Of a stretch of DNA of 64,000 bases, positions 1-10,280 are shown one piece after another. This DNA is from Atribacterota bacterium. Lineage in GTDB: Bacteria > Atribacterota > Phoenicimicrobiia > Phoenicimicrobiales > Stramentimicrobiaceae. The stretch is from positions 1 through 64,000 of the forward strand of contig JAXGNR010000009.1 of NCBI GenBank assembly GCA_040767965.1. The letters are read 5' to 3'. Each line of letters starts with the position of its first letter. Position 1 is the first letter of the stretch. The notes under the pieces were generated by a model that saw nothing but the letters and a program-made list of their open reading frames with translations, did not search any database and was not told the DNA's origin. The position numbers and the translations under genes are program-made.

Positions 1-2
1 TA

Positions 3-116
3 ATTGAAAATTGTGGTTGTAATGAAGGATGCCCTTCTTGTGTGGGCCCTATTAATCAGGTTGGTAATAATGGAAAACAAAGCGCTTTAACTATTCTAAA
101 GGAGGTTCTCTGTTAA
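3..116 (+). CDS. mrfA: 3' end of DEAD/DEAH helicase with DUF1998 Zn-binding C-terminus (MrfA/YprA-like), partial
   Basis: Manual translation IENCGCNEGCPSCVGPINQVG...KEVLC* has the CxCxxGCPSC motif. Its TAA abuts the ATG of an MrfB-like gene. Confidence 0.75.
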   Translation: MENCGCNEGCPSCVGPINQVGNNGKQSALTILKEVLC

Positions 117-1445
117 ATGAATTTCAGAGATCGGCTGGAAAAAATAGAAAACCTCAAAGAGAAAGTTCGTCAAATAAATCTTAACCACAAAAAACAGGAT
201 TACCAGTTTTTTCAGAAGAGTAAACCAGTTTCACTAGCAGAAATAATTGAAGGCGATACAGTTGAAACTCCTTATGGACCTTGTTTTTATACCGAGAAAA
301 CTATACCATTACACACTGCTTATGGTGATTTTGCTTTAGGAGAAGTAGACCAGTATTTTTCTGACAAGGCAAATTTATTTATGTTCAAACTTGATGATGA
401 TGGAATTGACAATATTCGACTGGATCAGGCTTTATTTTTTGATACAGAAACAACCGGTTTAGCAGGAGGAGCAGGAACTTATATTTTTTTACTTGGCCTG
501 GGGTTTTTTACTGCAGATGCTTTTTGTGTAAGACAGTATTTTATGTCTGATTATCACGAAGAAGAAGCTTTGCTGTGGGCAGTCAACCAATTGTTTACGC
601 AGGATTATAAACTGTTAATAACTTATAATGGTAAATGCTATGATTTTCCCTTGATGCAGACCCGCTTTATTATGGCTCGTCAACCTCTGCAGCTGGCAGA
701 CCCTTACCATTTAGATTTACTGTATCCTACCCGGCGTTTATGGAAAAAAAGACTGCAGGACTGCTCTTTATCTAATATAGAAAAAAGAGTCCTGAATATA
801 GTAAGAGGAGAAGATATACCTGGTTATTTAATTCCTCAGGTATATTTTCGCTATTTACAGAACAAAGATGCCCGGCCTTTAAAACCAGTTTTTGAGCATA
901 ACCTGCAGGATATAATTTCTTTAGCTGTTTTAACTGCTAAAATTGGTCAAACTATTACAAATCCCTTACATATGAATAACAACAAAAGATATGATGGAAT
1001 TGATCTTTGTAGTATTGGTAAGATCTATGAAAATAATAAAGACTATGAATTAAGCAGCCGTTGCTACGAAGAGGCCTTAAACTGTAATTTAAGTGATGAA
1101 CAGTCTTTGGAAATTCTGAAACTGTGCTCTTTTGCCTATAAAAGACAGGAAAATTGGGAAAAAGCGGAAAATGCCTGGAAAGATATAATTTCTTTAAGCA
1201 GTGATTACTTGAATTATCCTTATGAAGAACTAGCTAAATATTATGAGCATAGGTTGAAGGATTATCAAAAAGGAATTAATATAGTAGAGGCAGCTCTTTT
1301 AAAATCAGCACAAGCAAATATAGATTGGGAAAGTAAACAGAGAATTCAAGAGGAATTAAATTATCGTCTGGCGAGAATTAAGAAAAAGGCCCAAATAACC
1401 AGAATTAAAGGCTTAGATGAATCCGAAAACATTAATAATTGTTGA
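117..1445 (+). CDS. mrfB: MrfB/YprB-like DEDD exonuclease (RNase_H_2) with C-terminal TPR repeats
   Basis: FFDTETTGL, TYNGKCYDFP, HLDLL and HNLQDI motifs, a TPR-like tail, and position after a DUF1998 helicase. Confidence 0.85.
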   Translation: MNFRDRLEKIENLKEKVRQINLNHKKQDYQFFQKSKPVSLAEIIEGDTVETPYGPCFYTEKTIPLHTAYGDFALGEVDQYFSDKANLFMFKLDDDGIDNIRLDQALFFDTETTGLAGGAGTYIFLLGLGFFTADAFCVRQYFMSDYHEEEALLWAVNQLFTQDYKLLITYNGKCYDFPLMQTRFIMARQPLQLADPYHLDLLYPTRRLWKKRLQDCSLSNIEKRVLNIVRGEDIPGYLIPQVYFRYLQNKDARPLKPVFEHNLQDIISLAVLTAKIGQTITNPLHMNNNKRYDGIDLCSIGKIYENNKDYELSSRCYEEALNCNLSDEQSLEILKLCSFAYKRQENWEKAENAWKDIISLSSDYLNYPYEELAKYYEHRLKDYQKGINIVEAALLKSAQANIDWESKQRIQEELNYRLARIKKKAQITRIKGLDESENINNC

Positions 1446-1477
1446 AATAAATGTAGAAGTCTAAAAATATCTTTCAA

Positions 1478-2197
1478 TTGAGAGAAGAGGTAATGGGGAA
1501 TAATAAAAAAGGCTACACTATCAAGGATTGGCCTGAATATGAAAGACCAAGAGAGAGATTGTTATACCATGGCGCTGAGAGCTTATCAGATGCAGAATTA
1601 TTAGCAATTATCCTGGTGAATGGTTATTCGGGGAAAACCTCTGTGGAGATAGCAAGAAATCTACTAGCAAAATTTGGCAGCTTGAGAAATTTAATGAAAT
1701 CCCCTTACTCTGAAGTAAAAGAAACCTTTGGAATAGGTGAAGCAAAATATGCCCAGGTAAAAGCAGCTTTAGAGATTGGAGTGCGCCTGGCACAGGAAAA
1801 AATATTACCAGGTAAAAGAATACAAAAAGCTCAGGACGTTGTTGATTACTATTATGCAGAGATGAGAGATAAAAAGAAAGAATTGTTTCATATTGTACTT
1901 TTAGATATCCGTTATCAGATTATTCGGGATGTGCTTGTTTCTATGGGTAGTTTATCAGAAACCATTGTTCATCCTCGAGAGGTAATGAAAGAAGTAGTAA
2001 AAGAATCAGCAGCAGCAGTAATCTTTCTGCACAATCATCCCAGTGGTAACCCTCAACCCAGTCAGCAGGATATTACTTTAACTGATAGATTGTGTAAATC
2101 ATGCCAGGTGATGGGCGTGAAAGTTTTAGATCATATTATAATTGGTGAAGATCAGTTTTATAGTTTTGCCCAAATGGGACAGATAAATAGCAATTAA
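1478..2197 (+). CDS. radC: RadC family JAB-domain protein (real start possibly ATG 1493)
   Basis: ERPRERL, LSDAELLA, VHPREV, HNHPSG and LDHII motifs. Confidence 0.93.
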   Translation: MREEVMGNNKKGYTIKDWPEYERPRERLLYHGAESLSDAELLAIILVNGYSGKTSVEIARNLLAKFGSLRNLMKSPYSEVKETFGIGEAKYAQVKAALEIGVRLAQEKILPGKRIQKAQDVVDYYYAEMRDKKKELFHIVLLDIRYQIIRDVLVSMGSLSETIVHPREVMKEVVKESAAAVIFLHNHPSGNPQPSQQDITLTDRLCKSCQVMGVKVLDHIIIGEDQFYSFAQMGQINSN

Positions 2198-2234
2198 AAA
2201 TTAAGATTGAATATTTAAACAGAGGAGAGTTTTA

Positions 2235-2768
2235 ATGAAAGTAACTGATTTAAAATATTGCACAAAATGCGGACATGCATTAGAAAAAAAATTAGTAAAG
2301 GAAAATGAAAGGTTGTGTTGCACATTCTGTGATACAATTTATTATGATAACCCTATTTCCAGCGTAGCAGTTGTTGTGAGGAATGAGCATGGACAACTGC
2401 TATTAGTAAAACGAAAAAATGAACCTAAAAAAGGTTTTTGGGCATTACCAGGCGGTTTTATAGATAATGGAGAATCAGCTATTGAGGCAGCATTAAGGGA
2501 GATGAAGGAAGAAACCGGCCTTGATGGTATTATAAAAAGGTTTGTGAAAATTTATAATCATGAAAGCAAAAAATATGGTCATGTGATAATTATCACCTAT
2601 GAAGTAGATATAATCGGTGGAGAATTGAAGGCTGGTGATGATGCTGAATGCGCAGAATTTTTTGATATAGAAGAATTGCCAGTATTAGCATTTCATTATC
2701 AGGAAGATATTCTTCAGAAAACTATTGGGTGTTCTGCTGTTAAAACAAAAGAAAGGATAACCGAATGA
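2235..2768 (+). CDS. NUDIX hydrolase with N-terminal zinc ribbon
   Basis: CTKCG...CTFC ribbon and Nudix box GGFIDNGESAIEAALREMKEETG. Confidence 0.9.
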   Translation: MKVTDLKYCTKCGHALEKKLVKENERLCCTFCDTIYYDNPISSVAVVVRNEHGQLLLVKRKNEPKKGFWALPGGFIDNGESAIEAALREMKEETGLDGIIKRFVKIYNHESKKYGHVIIITYEVDIIGGELKAGDDAECAEFFDIEELPVLAFHYQEDILQKTIGCSAVKTKERITE

Positions 2769-3103
2769 ATGAAGTAGTTTTTTTCAAAAAAGAAGATTTA
2801 AAGGTCAGATCAGTTCTGAAAAGTTCGCAACTGCGGGTTGTTGCCAATGAACATTCAATGATATCACTTTTTGATTTTGGGCCAGATGATGAAATTATAC
2901 CAGTCCATAAGCATCCCCATGAACAAATTAGTTACATTTTAGCCGGTTCGGTTAAAATGATAGCAGGAGGGAAAACCAAAATACTTAAAAAGGGTCAGGG
3001 TGCAGTAATTCCTCCTAATGTAGAACACGAAATAATTGCTCTGGAAAAAGGAAGTCAGGTTCTGGATGTTTTTTACCCTTTAAGAGAAGAATATTTAACA
3101 TAG
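2765..3103 (+). CDS. Cupin domain protein
   Basis: HKHPHEQ...IPPNVEH cupin metal motifs. Confidence 0.88.
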   Translation: MNEVVFFKKEDLKVRSVLKSSQLRVVANEHSMISLFDFGPDDEIIPVHKHPHEQISYILAGSVKMIAGGKTKILKKGQGAVIPPNVEHEIIALEKGSQVLDVFYPLREEYLT

Positions 3104-3139
3104 ATGTTGATATAAGAAATATTAAAACAAAGGAATTAT

Positions 3140-3949
3140 ATGAAAATACTGGCAGTAGACTATGATGGTGTAATTGTTGATAGTGTACTGGAATCCCTTT
3201 TTATCAGCCATAATGCCTATCTTAAACTTTATGGAAAAAACAAAAGAGAGATGTTTGGCGGAAAATTGCTGACATTTCAGAAATGGCCAGCTATTCAAAA
3301 AAAATACAAAAAAGATATTCAATATTATAGTTCTCTTCGTCCTTATATCAGAGGTGCTACTGATTATGGTCTTATTCAAAAAATAATGGAAGAAGGGAAA
3401 TCCATTTATAATCAAAGAGAATTCGATGAGTATCGTAAAACAGTTCAATTTGATTTTCAAAAGTTTCATGACTTATTTTATCTGGAACGCAAAAAAGTTC
3501 AGCAAGAAAACTATACTGGCTGGTTGAGTCTTGAACCGCCTTTTCAAGAAGTACTGAAAGGGATTAGGCAATTTATTTCAGAAGGGCTAAAGGTAGTTAT
3601 TGCAACTTCCAATCGAAGAGAATATATAGCCGATACTTTTCTGCCCCAATATTTTAATATTAAAATTGATCAAGATGATATCCTCGATTTTAGCTTTGGA
3701 GAAGACAAATCTATTCAAATGCAGTATCTGCAGGAAAAATATCAGCTAAATTATGAGAATATCTGTTTTATTGATGATCAATTAGCACATTTGGAACTGG
3801 TACATGCTCTGGGTATCAATGTGGTGCTAGCCGGCTGGAGTTATGCTACATCACAGCAGAAAAAAGATGCACTCCAAAAAGGTTTTCCGTTAGCAGAGAA
3901 AGAAGAAGATTTTTATCCAAAAATCAAAAAATGCTTTGCAGATAAATAA
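3140..3949 (+). CDS. HAD-superfamily hydrolase
   Basis: Motif I AVDYDGV, motif II IATSN, K, motif IV FIDD. Confidence 0.85.
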   Translation: MKILAVDYDGVIVDSVLESLFISHNAYLKLYGKNKREMFGGKLLTFQKWPAIQKKYKKDIQYYSSLRPYIRGATDYGLIQKIMEEGKSIYNQREFDEYRKTVQFDFQKFHDLFYLERKKVQQENYTGWLSLEPPFQEVLKGIRQFISEGLKVVIATSNRREYIADTFLPQYFNIKIDQDDILDFSFGEDKSIQMQYLQEKYQLNYENICFIDDQLAHLELVHALGINVVLAGWSYATSQQKKDALQKGFPLAEKEEDFYPKIKKCFADK

Positions 3950-3976
3950 TAAAAGTTACTAAAAGGAGGAAGAAAA

Positions 3977-4315
3977 ATGAAGGTAACAGATTATCATGAA
4001 GTGAAATTGGAAGATGTAGAAATGGAAGGGGCAAAAAATGTAAAAATTAGATGGCTTATTTCAGATAAGGATAATGCTAAAAATTTTGCCATGCGTTTAT
4101 TTGAAATAGGCCCAGAAGGACATACTCCTTACCATGGCCACGATTGGGAGCATGAGGTTTTTGTACTGGAAGGAGAAGGGGAAGCAAAAATAGACGGAAA
4201 AATCTACCCAATTAAAAAAGATAGTGTAATTTTTGTTGAACCAGGTCAGGAACATAATTTCGCAAATAGCGGTAGCAGTTCTATGAAATTTTTATGTTTG
4301 ATACCTTATAAATAA
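3977..4315 (+). CDS. Cupin domain protein (TM1459-like)
   Basis: NFAMRLFEI, HTPYHGHDWEHE, EHNF. Confidence 0.88.
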   Translation: MKVTDYHEVKLEDVEMEGAKNVKIRWLISDKDNAKNFAMRLFEIGPEGHTPYHGHDWEHEVFVLEGEGEAKIDGKIYPIKKDSVIFVEPGQEHNFANSGSSSMKFLCLIPYK

Positions 4316-4372
4316 AAAGCAACAAAAGAATTGAATTTTAAGGGATATTATTAAAAGGAAACGAGGTTTATA

Positions 4373-5176
4373 GTGAAAATCTTGGCTGTGGACTATGATG
4401 GAGTGTTAAGTGACAGTGCCTTAAAATCACTATTTGTCAGCCATAATGCTTACTGTCGCCATTTTGGGCCAGAGGTGAAGAAAAATTTTAATGGGCAAAT
4501 ATTTACCTTTGAGAATTGGGAGCTGATGCAAAAAAAATACCAGAAAGAGATGGCTAAATATAAACAGCTTCGTTCCTATATTGAATTATCCAGTGATTTT
4601 TTTGTTATTTTAAAAATAATTGAAGAGCAAATAGAAATAAATAATCAGGCAGAGTTTATAAAATATCGCGAGAATCTTGATTTTAATTATCAAGTTTTTC
4701 ATGATTTATTTTTTCAGGAAAAAGAAAGATGGCAAAATAAAGATTTTTCCAAATGGTTTTCTCTGTCACCGGTTTTCCAGGAGGCAGTAAATGGAGTTAA
4801 AAAGCTGCTGTCAGATGGAAAAAAAGTTGTGATTGCTACCTCTAACATGGGGAAGGCAATTCATCCTGCATTTCATCCTGATTATCTTGGTTTTTATATC
4901 GACCTGCAAGAAATTTTTGATAAAAACTATGGTAAAAACAAAACAGAGCATATGCAGGCCATTGTCAGACAGTATCAGGTTGATTTAAAGGATATATTTT
5001 TCATTGATGATCAGCTGAGTTATTTAGAAGAAACAAAACTTATGGGAGTTAATTCTTTTTTGGCGGGATGGGGATATTGTACTGCAGAGCATAAAAAAAT
5101 TGCCCGGGAAAAAGAAATTAAAGTAGTTGAAAAACAAGAAGACTTCTACCCATTATTTGAAAAATTATTAGCTTAA
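4373..5176 (+). CDS. HAD-superfamily hydrolase, paralog of 3140..3949
   Basis: Same MKILAVDYDG start and SHNAY, IATSN, FIDDQL, LAGW motifs. Confidence 0.85.
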   Translation: MKILAVDYDGVLSDSALKSLFVSHNAYCRHFGPEVKKNFNGQIFTFENWELMQKKYQKEMAKYKQLRSYIELSSDFFVILKIIEEQIEINNQAEFIKYRENLDFNYQVFHDLFFQEKERWQNKDFSKWFSLSPVFQEAVNGVKKLLSDGKKVVIATSNMGKAIHPAFHPDYLGFYIDLQEIFDKNYGKNKTEHMQAIVRQYQVDLKDIFFIDDQLSYLEETKLMGVNSFLAGWGYCTAEHKKIAREKEIKVVEKQEDFYPLFEKLLA

Positions 5177-5254
5177 AGATATTTTAATAGTAAATATATA
5201 AGGTATGCATTAAGTAAAGTTACAGTAAAAAAATACATTTTAAGGAGGAAAGAA

Positions 5255-6424
5255 ATGTATAAAGACTTAAACCCTGGTAAAAGAATTTTATTGGGGCCAG
5301 GCCCGAGTGATGTTCATCCTAGAGTTTTGAAAGCAATGTCTACACCGTTAGTTGGTCATTTAGATCCGGACTTTCTGGAAATAATGAATGAAACCAGAGA
5401 TATGTTAAGACAAGTTTTTAAAACCAAAAATGAATTAACAATTGCTTTATCTGGTACCGGAAGTGCCGGTATGGAAGCTGCGTTGGTAAATACTCTGGAA
5501 CCAGGAGATAAGGCTGTTGTCTGTGTTAACGGCCTGTTTGCTGAAAGAATGGTAGAAATTGTAAAAAGATGTGGAGCAGAGGCTATTATAGTAGAAGGTG
5601 AATGGGGTAATATTGTAGAACCTGAAAAAATAAAAAAGGCCTTACAAGATACACCTAATCCTAAAATATTGGCAGTTGTTCACGCAGAAACTTCAACTGG
5701 AGTAAGACAACCTTTAGAAGAAATTTCTAAAATGGCCAAACAAGCAGGTGCTCTTTTTGTGGTGGATGCTGTTACTTCTCTGGCTGGAATACCTCTGGAA
5801 ATCGACGAATGGGGAATTGATGTAGTGTATAGCGGAACTCAAAAATGTTTAAGCTGTCCTCCGGGACTTTCTCCTGTTTCCTTTGGAGAAAAAGCAGTAA
5901 AAGCAATTTCTGACAGAAAAACACCTGTCCGAAGCTGGTATCTGGATGTAGGGATGCTGCAAAGCTATTGGGGGAAAGAACGTTTTTACCATCACACAGC
6001 CCCTATCAATATGATTTATGCTTTAAGAGAAGCTTTAAGATTAGTTTTGGAAGAAGGCTTAGAGAAACGTTTTGCCAGACATAAACTGCATTCTGCTGCT
6101 CTGGTTGCCGGATTGGAAGCTATGGGATTAAAGATGATTGCTCCTAAGGAATATCGACTGCCGGAATTAAATACAGTTTATATACCTGAAGGCATTGATG
6201 ATGCCACTGTTAGAAAAGCTCTGCTGGTTGATTATGGGATTGAAATTGGCGGTGGATTAGGTAAGTTTAAAGGAAAAGCCTGGCGTGTAGGATTAATGGG
6301 ATACTCGTGCTCGCGGGAAAATGTTATGTTATTCCTGTCAGCATTGGAAAACATCTTACAAAATCAGGGTTATTCTGTAAAAGAACATGGCATCTCTGCT
6401 GCCAATGAAGTTTATAGTAAATAG
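5255..6424 (+). CDS. Alanine-glyoxylate/serine-pyruvate aminotransferase (class V PLP)
   Basis: LLGPGPS, VHAETSTG, VDAVTS, SGTQKCLSCPPG (PLP lysine), YHHTAP. Confidence 0.92.
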   Translation: MYKDLNPGKRILLGPGPSDVHPRVLKAMSTPLVGHLDPDFLEIMNETRDMLRQVFKTKNELTIALSGTGSAGMEAALVNTLEPGDKAVVCVNGLFAERMVEIVKRCGAEAIIVEGEWGNIVEPEKIKKALQDTPNPKILAVVHAETSTGVRQPLEEISKMAKQAGALFVVDAVTSLAGIPLEIDEWGIDVVYSGTQKCLSCPPGLSPVSFGEKAVKAISDRKTPVRSWYLDVGMLQSYWGKERFYHHTAPINMIYALREALRLVLEEGLEKRFARHKLHSAALVAGLEAMGLKMIAPKEYRLPELNTVYIPEGIDDATVRKALLVDYGIEIGGGLGKFKGKAWRVGLMGYSCSRENVMLFLSALENILQNQGYSVKEHGISAANEVYSK

Positions 6425-6458
6425 TAAGTGCAAATAAAAGATAACTTTTGTTTAATAT

Positions 6459-6500
6459 AAAATAGAGGAAAGGTTTTTCAGTTAATCTTTCCTCTATTTT
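6459..6500 (+). terminator. Rho-independent terminator
   Basis: Inverted repeat aaaatagaggaaag / ctttcctctatttt after the aminotransferase stop. Confidence 0.75.
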
Positions 6501-6548
6501 GTTTACTAACAGAAAATATCATATCTTTTGGTTTATCTTTTTAATTCA

Positions 6549-6577
6549 TTGCTTTCAAGAAAAAGTTTGTCTATAAT
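6549..6577 (+). promoter_or_regulatory. Sigma70-type promoter
   Basis: TTGCTT-17 nt-TATAAT upstream of 6615. Confidence 0.55.
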
Positions 6578-6614
6578 GATTATAAATTTTATCAAAAAAT
6601 AAGAGGAGGCAGTA

Positions 6615-7463
6615 ATGGAGTATTTTAGTATGATTTTCTGGTTTTTCTTTATCTTTTCTGTCCTTTCACCCTGGTTTAGACAAAAGAACTTAGAATCCTC
6701 AAGAATATCACTGATTCATCGTTTGGAAAAAAATAGAGGATCTCGGGTAATTACCTTGATTCATCGCCAGGAAACCATGAGCATCTTGGGAATTCCTCTG
6801 GCTAGATACATAAATATTGAAGATTCAGAAGCTATCTTGAGGGCTGTCAGACTTACTGATGATAATATGCCCATCGATATTATTTTACATACCCCAGGTG
6901 GTTTGGTATTAGCTACAGAGCAAATTGCCCACGCCCTCACAAGACACAAAGGTAAAGTTACTGTCTTTATCCCTCATTATGCCATGAGTGGAGGAACTAT
7001 GCTATCCCTGGCTGCAGATGAAATAATTATGGATGAAAATGCAGTCTTGGGGCCAGTAGATCCCCAGCTGGGACAATATCCGGCAGTTTCTATCCTAAAT
7101 GTATTAAAAGATAAGGATAGAAACGAGATTGATGATGAAACAATGATTCAGGCTGATATTGCCCGGAAAGCTATCTCTCAGGTTTATAGTTTTGTAAGGA
7201 AATTACTGACAGAAAATAATTGCAGTGAAGAGAAAGCAGAAGAAATTGCTAAAATATTAACTGAAGGCAGATGGACCCATGATTACCCGATAAAATTTGA
7301 AGAAGCTGTAGAATTAGGTCTATGTGTTTCCAGTGATATGCCAAAAGAGATTTATGAATTAATGGATTTATATCCTCAAAGCCCGGGATTAAGACCTTCT
7401 GTGCAATATATCCCAGTACCTTATAAAAAACCTGTTATTCCTCCTAAAAATCACAAAAATTAG
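6615..7463 (+). CDS. SDH_sah / ClpP-crotonase-like serine protease
   Basis: LHTPGG, PHYAMSGGT, LGPVDPQ, WTHDYP, plus an N-terminal TM segment. Confidence 0.88.
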   Translation: MEYFSMIFWFFFIFSVLSPWFRQKNLESSRISLIHRLEKNRGSRVITLIHRQETMSILGIPLARYINIEDSEAILRAVRLTDDNMPIDIILHTPGGLVLATEQIAHALTRHKGKVTVFIPHYAMSGGTMLSLAADEIIMDENAVLGPVDPQLGQYPAVSILNVLKDKDRNEIDDETMIQADIARKAISQVYSFVRKLLTENNCSEEKAEEIAKILTEGRWTHDYPIKFEEAVELGLCVSSDMPKEIYELMDLYPQSPGLRPSVQYIPVPYKKPVIPPKNHKN

Positions 7464-7533
7464 GGAATTACTGGTTAATTGACATGGCAAGATTGAAAAT
7501 TATTATTTAAAAAATTCGAAAAGGAGGCTGAAT

Positions 7534-9288
7534 ATGAAAAATGTATCCAGGAAAACTGCTCCGGCAAAAGATATCTCCATTGTTCTTTGCGGTGAAGCCG
7601 GTTTAGGTATTCAGACAGTAGAGCAGTTGTTAACAAGGATGTTGAAACTTTCCGGGTATTATGTATTTGCCACTAAAGAATATATGTCCAGAGTAAGAGG
7701 GGGAAGCAACTCAACTCAAATAAGAGTTTCCAATCTACCGGTACAAGCACCTGTAAAAAGGATAGACATTTTAATCCCATTAGACGAAGATGCCATACCT
7801 CATGTAGCTGATCGTATAGACGAAAAAACAATTATACTCGGTGAAAGGGAAAAATTAAAGACTGACAGAGAAGTTATCAATATTTCTTTTTTAGAAATGG
7901 CAAAAGATATCGGTAATGAGCTTTATGCCAATACAGTTGCTGTAGGGTTGCTGTTAGGACTTTTGGAAGGGGATTTAGCTGAGGGAAAACATTTTCTGGA
8001 AGATTATTTTACCCAAAAGAAGAAAGAAAAATTTATTCCTGACAACATTCAGGCATTGGAAAATGGATATCAGAAAGCAACCCGGTTATTAGATGAAGAA
8101 AAATTTAAAAATGATCAGATTTTTCATATTGGAAAGAATAATGGTGTAAAAGACGACTTGCTTATAAATGGAGCAGAAGCAGTTGGTTTAGGGGCAATAG
8201 CCGGTGGCTGCAATTTTATTTCATCTTATCCTATGTCACCATCTACGGGAGTTTTATTGTTTTTAGCTCAGCATAGTGCTGGCTTTGATATTATTGTAGA
8301 GCAGGCTGAGGATGAAATTGCTGCTGTCAATATGGCTTTGGGTGCCTGGTATGCAGGTGCTAGAGCAATAGTCACAACTTCCGGCGGCGGTTTTGCTTTG
8401 ATGTCAGAAGGAATCAGTTTAGCAGGTATACTGGAAAATCCACTGGTGATTCATCTTGCCCAACGACCAGGCCCTGCTACCGGTTTACCTACCAGGACCG
8501 AACAGGGAGATTTACAGCTGGCATTGTATGCAGGTCATGGTGAATTTCCCAGAGTAATTCTGGCACCGGGAAAGATTGAGGATATCTACCAATTAACTCA
8601 AAAGGCTTTTTACTGGGCTGATAAATATCAGGTACCTGTCTTTGTATTGACAGACCAGTACACTATGGACACCTATTATAATATAAGAGAGCTTGGCCTT
8701 CCTTCTCAGAAGACGGAAAAATTTATAATAAAGACTGATGCAGGCTATCAGCGTTACAGTCTGGATACAGATAATGGAGTATCCCCAAGAGGGATCCCCG
8801 ATTATGGTGAAGGATTGGTAAGGGTGGATAGTGACGAGCATGATGAAAACGGTTTTATTACCGAATCAATGGATATCCGCAATAAAATGATGGAAAAAAG
8901 AATGGCGAAATTGGTTGGATTGCAAGAAGAAGCTCTCTCTCCGGAATTTACAGGACCGGAAGATTATCAGACTTTGCTGGTAGGTTGGGGTTCAACCTGT
9001 CATATTATTGAAGAAGCAATTAAAAAGGCTGGTTTAAAGGATGTTGCCTTTTTACATTTTAACCAGGTTTACCCAATTTCAGCTCAGGCGATTCCTTATC
9101 TGGAACGAGCCCAACAGATTGTGGTTGTAGAAAATAATTATTCTGGTCAGTTCAGTCAGTTACTGGAAACAGCAACTGGTATTTCTGTTGCTGCCAGAAT
9201 TTTAAAGTATGATGGCTTACCATTTTTTGCAGATGAATTATCAGAGGAAATACGGAAAATAGTATCTGAGAATGGAGGTTCAAAATGA
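7534..9288 (+). CDS. korA: 2-oxoacid:ferredoxin oxidoreductase alpha subunit (gamma-alpha fusion)
   Basis: [43 protein letters not shown]. Confidence 0.93.
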   Translation: MKNVSRKTAPAKDISIVLCGEAGLGIQTVEQLLTRMLKLSGYYVFATKEYMSRVRGGSNSTQIRVSNLPVQAPVKRIDILIPLDEDAIPHVADRIDEKTIILGEREKLKTDREVINISFLEMAKDIGNELYANTVAVGLLLGLLEGDLAEGKHFLEDYFTQKKKEKFIPDNIQALENGYQKATRLLDEEKFKNDQIFHIGKNNGVKDDLLINGAEAVGLGAIAGGCNFISSYPMSPSTGVLLFLAQHSAGFDIIVEQAEDEIAAVNMALGAWYAGARAIVTTSGGGFALMSEGISLAGILENPLVIHLAQRPGPATGLPTRTEQGDLQLALYAGHGEFPRVILAPGKIEDIYQLTQKAFYWADKYQVPVFVLTDQYTMDTYYNIRELGLPSQKTEKFIIKTDAGYQRYSLDTDNGVSPRGIPDYGEGLVRVDSDEHDENGFITESMDIRNKMMEKRMAKLVGLQEEALSPEFTGPEDYQTLLVGWGSTCHIIEEAIKKAGLKDVAFLHFNQVYPISAQAIPYLERAQQIVVVENNYSGQFSQLLETATGISVAARILKYDGLPFFADELSEEIRKIVSENGGSK

Positions 9289-10148
9289 CAAAAATAGATA
9301 ATTTTGAACAAAAACAAGTCCAGACCGCCTGGTGTCCCGGATGTGGAAATTTTATGATATTGAAAGCTTTACAGCAAGCCCTGCGTGAGCTGTCACTAAA
9401 ACCTCAACAGGTAGTGATATCCTCTGGAATTGGACAGGCAGCCAAAACTCCTCAGTATCTTAATGTGCATATGTTTAACGGTTTACATGGAAGAGCATTG
9501 CCTCCGGCAACAGCCATAAAAGCCTGCAATCCGGATCTTACTGTTATTGCTGAAGGAGGAGATGGCGATATGTATGGTGAAGGCGGGAATCATTTTTTGC
9601 ATACCATACGCCGTAATCCAGACATTACTCATCTGGTTCATAATAACATGGTTTATGGATTAACCAAAGGTCAGGCTTCTCCTACCAGCCAGCTGGGATT
9701 TAAAACACCGGTTCAGACATCCGGGGTTATTTCAGAGCCTATTAACCCTTTAGCACTGGCTATTGCGATGGATGCTTCTTTTGTAGCCCGGGTTTTTTGT
9801 GGAGATATTGAAAATACAGCAGCCATTATTAAAAAAGCGATTCAGCATCCTGGTTATGCCCTTGTTGATATTTTTCAGCCTTGCGTCACTTTTAATAAAG
9901 TAAACACCTTTAAGTGGTTTAAGGAAAACACATATGACCTGCAAGATCATGATCCTTCTGATCGCAGCAAAGCCTTGGCCAGAGCATTGGAAACAGAAAA
10001 AATGCCATTGGGGGTTTTCTATATCAATAAAAATAAAAAAAGTTTTGAACGACAACTGGGTTTACATCAGAAAAAGGAGAAACCTTTTATCTTCAGGGAA
10101 TTAAACCGGGAAGGGTTACAGGAATTACTGGAATCCAAAAAATCCTGA
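9285..10148 (+). CDS. korB: 2-oxoacid:ferredoxin oxidoreductase beta subunit
   Basis: [16 protein letters not shown] motif [23 protein letters not shown] overlap with alpha. Confidence 0.93.
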   Translation: MTKIDNFEQKQVQTAWCPGCGNFMILKALQQALRELSLKPQQVVISSGIGQAAKTPQYLNVHMFNGLHGRALPPATAIKACNPDLTVIAEGGDGDMYGEGGNHFLHTIRRNPDITHLVHNNMVYGLTKGQASPTSQLGFKTPVQTSGVISEPINPLALAIAMDASFVARVFCGDIENTAAIIKKAIQHPGYALVDIFQPCVTFNKVNTFKWFKENTYDLQDHDPSDRSKALARALETEKMPLGVFYINKNKKSFERQLGLHQKKEKPFIFRELNREGLQELLESKKS

Positions 10149-10177
10149 CCGTATCTGAACAGAATTGATATTTTTTA

Positions 10178-10217
10178 ATAATACCATTTGGAATTTCTAC
10201 ATTTCAAATGGTATTAT
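10178..10217 (+). terminator. Hairpin terminator after korB
   Basis: ataataccatttggaa / tttcaaatggtattat followed by ctttt. Confidence 0.65.
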
Positions 10218-10280
10218 CTTTTAATTAAAGCAGAATAATTTTCAAACTAACATATAAAAAGAATTGGAGTATTTTAAAAA

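Noticed and set aside
1440-1481. mrfB stop TGA followed by in-frame N-K-C (possible C-U-x-x-C)
   Set aside because: The tail is not a recognisable conserved region and no G-loop hairpin lies at SECIS distance, so this is an ordinary stop.
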